Positions 63,435 to 64,000 of a DNA stretch of 64,000 bases are shown piece by piece. The notes below the pieces were generated by a model. It searched no databases. It saw only the letters and a program-made list of their open reading frames with translations, and was not told where the DNA came from. The DNA comes from Escherichia coli O157 typing phage 13. The position numbers and the translations under genes are program-made. The stretch lies in sequence record KP869111. One strand, 5' to 3'. Positions within the stretch are counted from its first letter, which is position 1; every line of letters starts with the position of its first letter.

Positions 63435-64000
63435 TTATTCAATCCACTCGAATTTAACAGATTTATTCACAGGGTCTGGAATAATGCGGACATTACCAAT
63501 CCTTAAGAAATCCCTTATTGTCAAGTTTCCGATTGTTGCATTATCAGAAGGTAAAGCACCAATATCAGATGGCTGAGGAGGGTTACCCCCATCAAATACT
63601 TGAACAAAACTTGACCAAGAATTTTTAGTTTTCTGCCATGTACGAGTCCAACGGGTTGTACGTGCTTCTGGGGTTGTTGGATAAGTAATCCAATCTTGGT
63701 AAAGTGAATCAAGTGTATTACCAAACTGAGTCAATGTACCAGGAGATTTAACTTCTTCGCCACGTTCTAAGTATGGAAGCCCAGTCACTTCATTAGTTTT
63801 TTCAACCATTTTAAAATAACCTGGGAACTGGTTATAAGTGGCTGAATCGTTAATATCAATTGACCAGAATCCTACATTATCAGATGTTGGCGCACGGGTA
63901 TATAAATCGGATGTTTTAGTACCCTGAGAACGAATTCTCGAGTTAACAGTCAAACCGCCAGAATTTATAGTAGCACCATTGGCAATGATTAAGCCTTCAC
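63435..64000 (-). CDS. 34: long tail fibre proximal subunit gp34, C-terminal fragment (gene continues beyond window)
   Basis: final about 170 codons match the T4 gp34 C-terminus (...DPVNKSVKFEWIE). Confidence 0.9.
   Translation of the reverse strand, partial: EGLIIANGATINSGGLTVNSRIRSQGTKTSDLYTRAPTSDNVGFWSIDINDSATYNQFPGYFKMVEKTNEVTGLPYLERGEEVKSPGTLTQFGNTLDSLYQDWITYPTTPEARTTRWTRTWQKTKNSWSSFVQVFDGGNPPQPSDIGALPSDNATIGNLTIRDFLRIGNVRIIPDPVNKSVKFEWIE

Overview
This window is a segment of a T4-like (T-even / Tequatrovirus-type) myovirus genome; all calls rest on reading the ORF translations, motifs, gene order and sizes against what is known of phage T4, with no database search. Positions 1-45383 are collinear with T4: prohead protease and capsid genes (21, 22, 23, 24), rnlB, hoc, inh, uvsW, uvsY, baseplate genes (25, 26, 51, 27, 28, 29, 48, 54), alt, DNA ligase 30, the 30.x cluster, rIII, 31, cd, pseT, spanins, alc, rnlA, denA, nrdB, nrdA, td, frd, 32, 59, 33, dsbA, rnh and the N-terminus of tail-fibre gene 34. 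After an N-run comes a small island of early ORFs (45484-47341), then partial rIIA, rIIB, ndd, 52, motA and asiA on the + strand, then t, 38, 37, 36, 35 and the C-terminus of gene 34 on the - strand. That whole block is inverted relative to T4 order, with the breakpoints inside N-runs. The most unusual content is an AroG-type DAHP synthase gene inserted between cd and pseT. Other points of interest are a NADAR/YbiA-like gene next to a HAD-like hydrolase, a nucleotidyltransferase-like early ORF, repeated near-palindromic early-promoter cassettes, a family of UUCG-tetraloop hairpins, and intron-less td and nrdB. Eight N-runs are present and their lengths are inexact (reading frames shift across those in genes 52 and 35). 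No tRNA, rRNA or CRISPR features were found.
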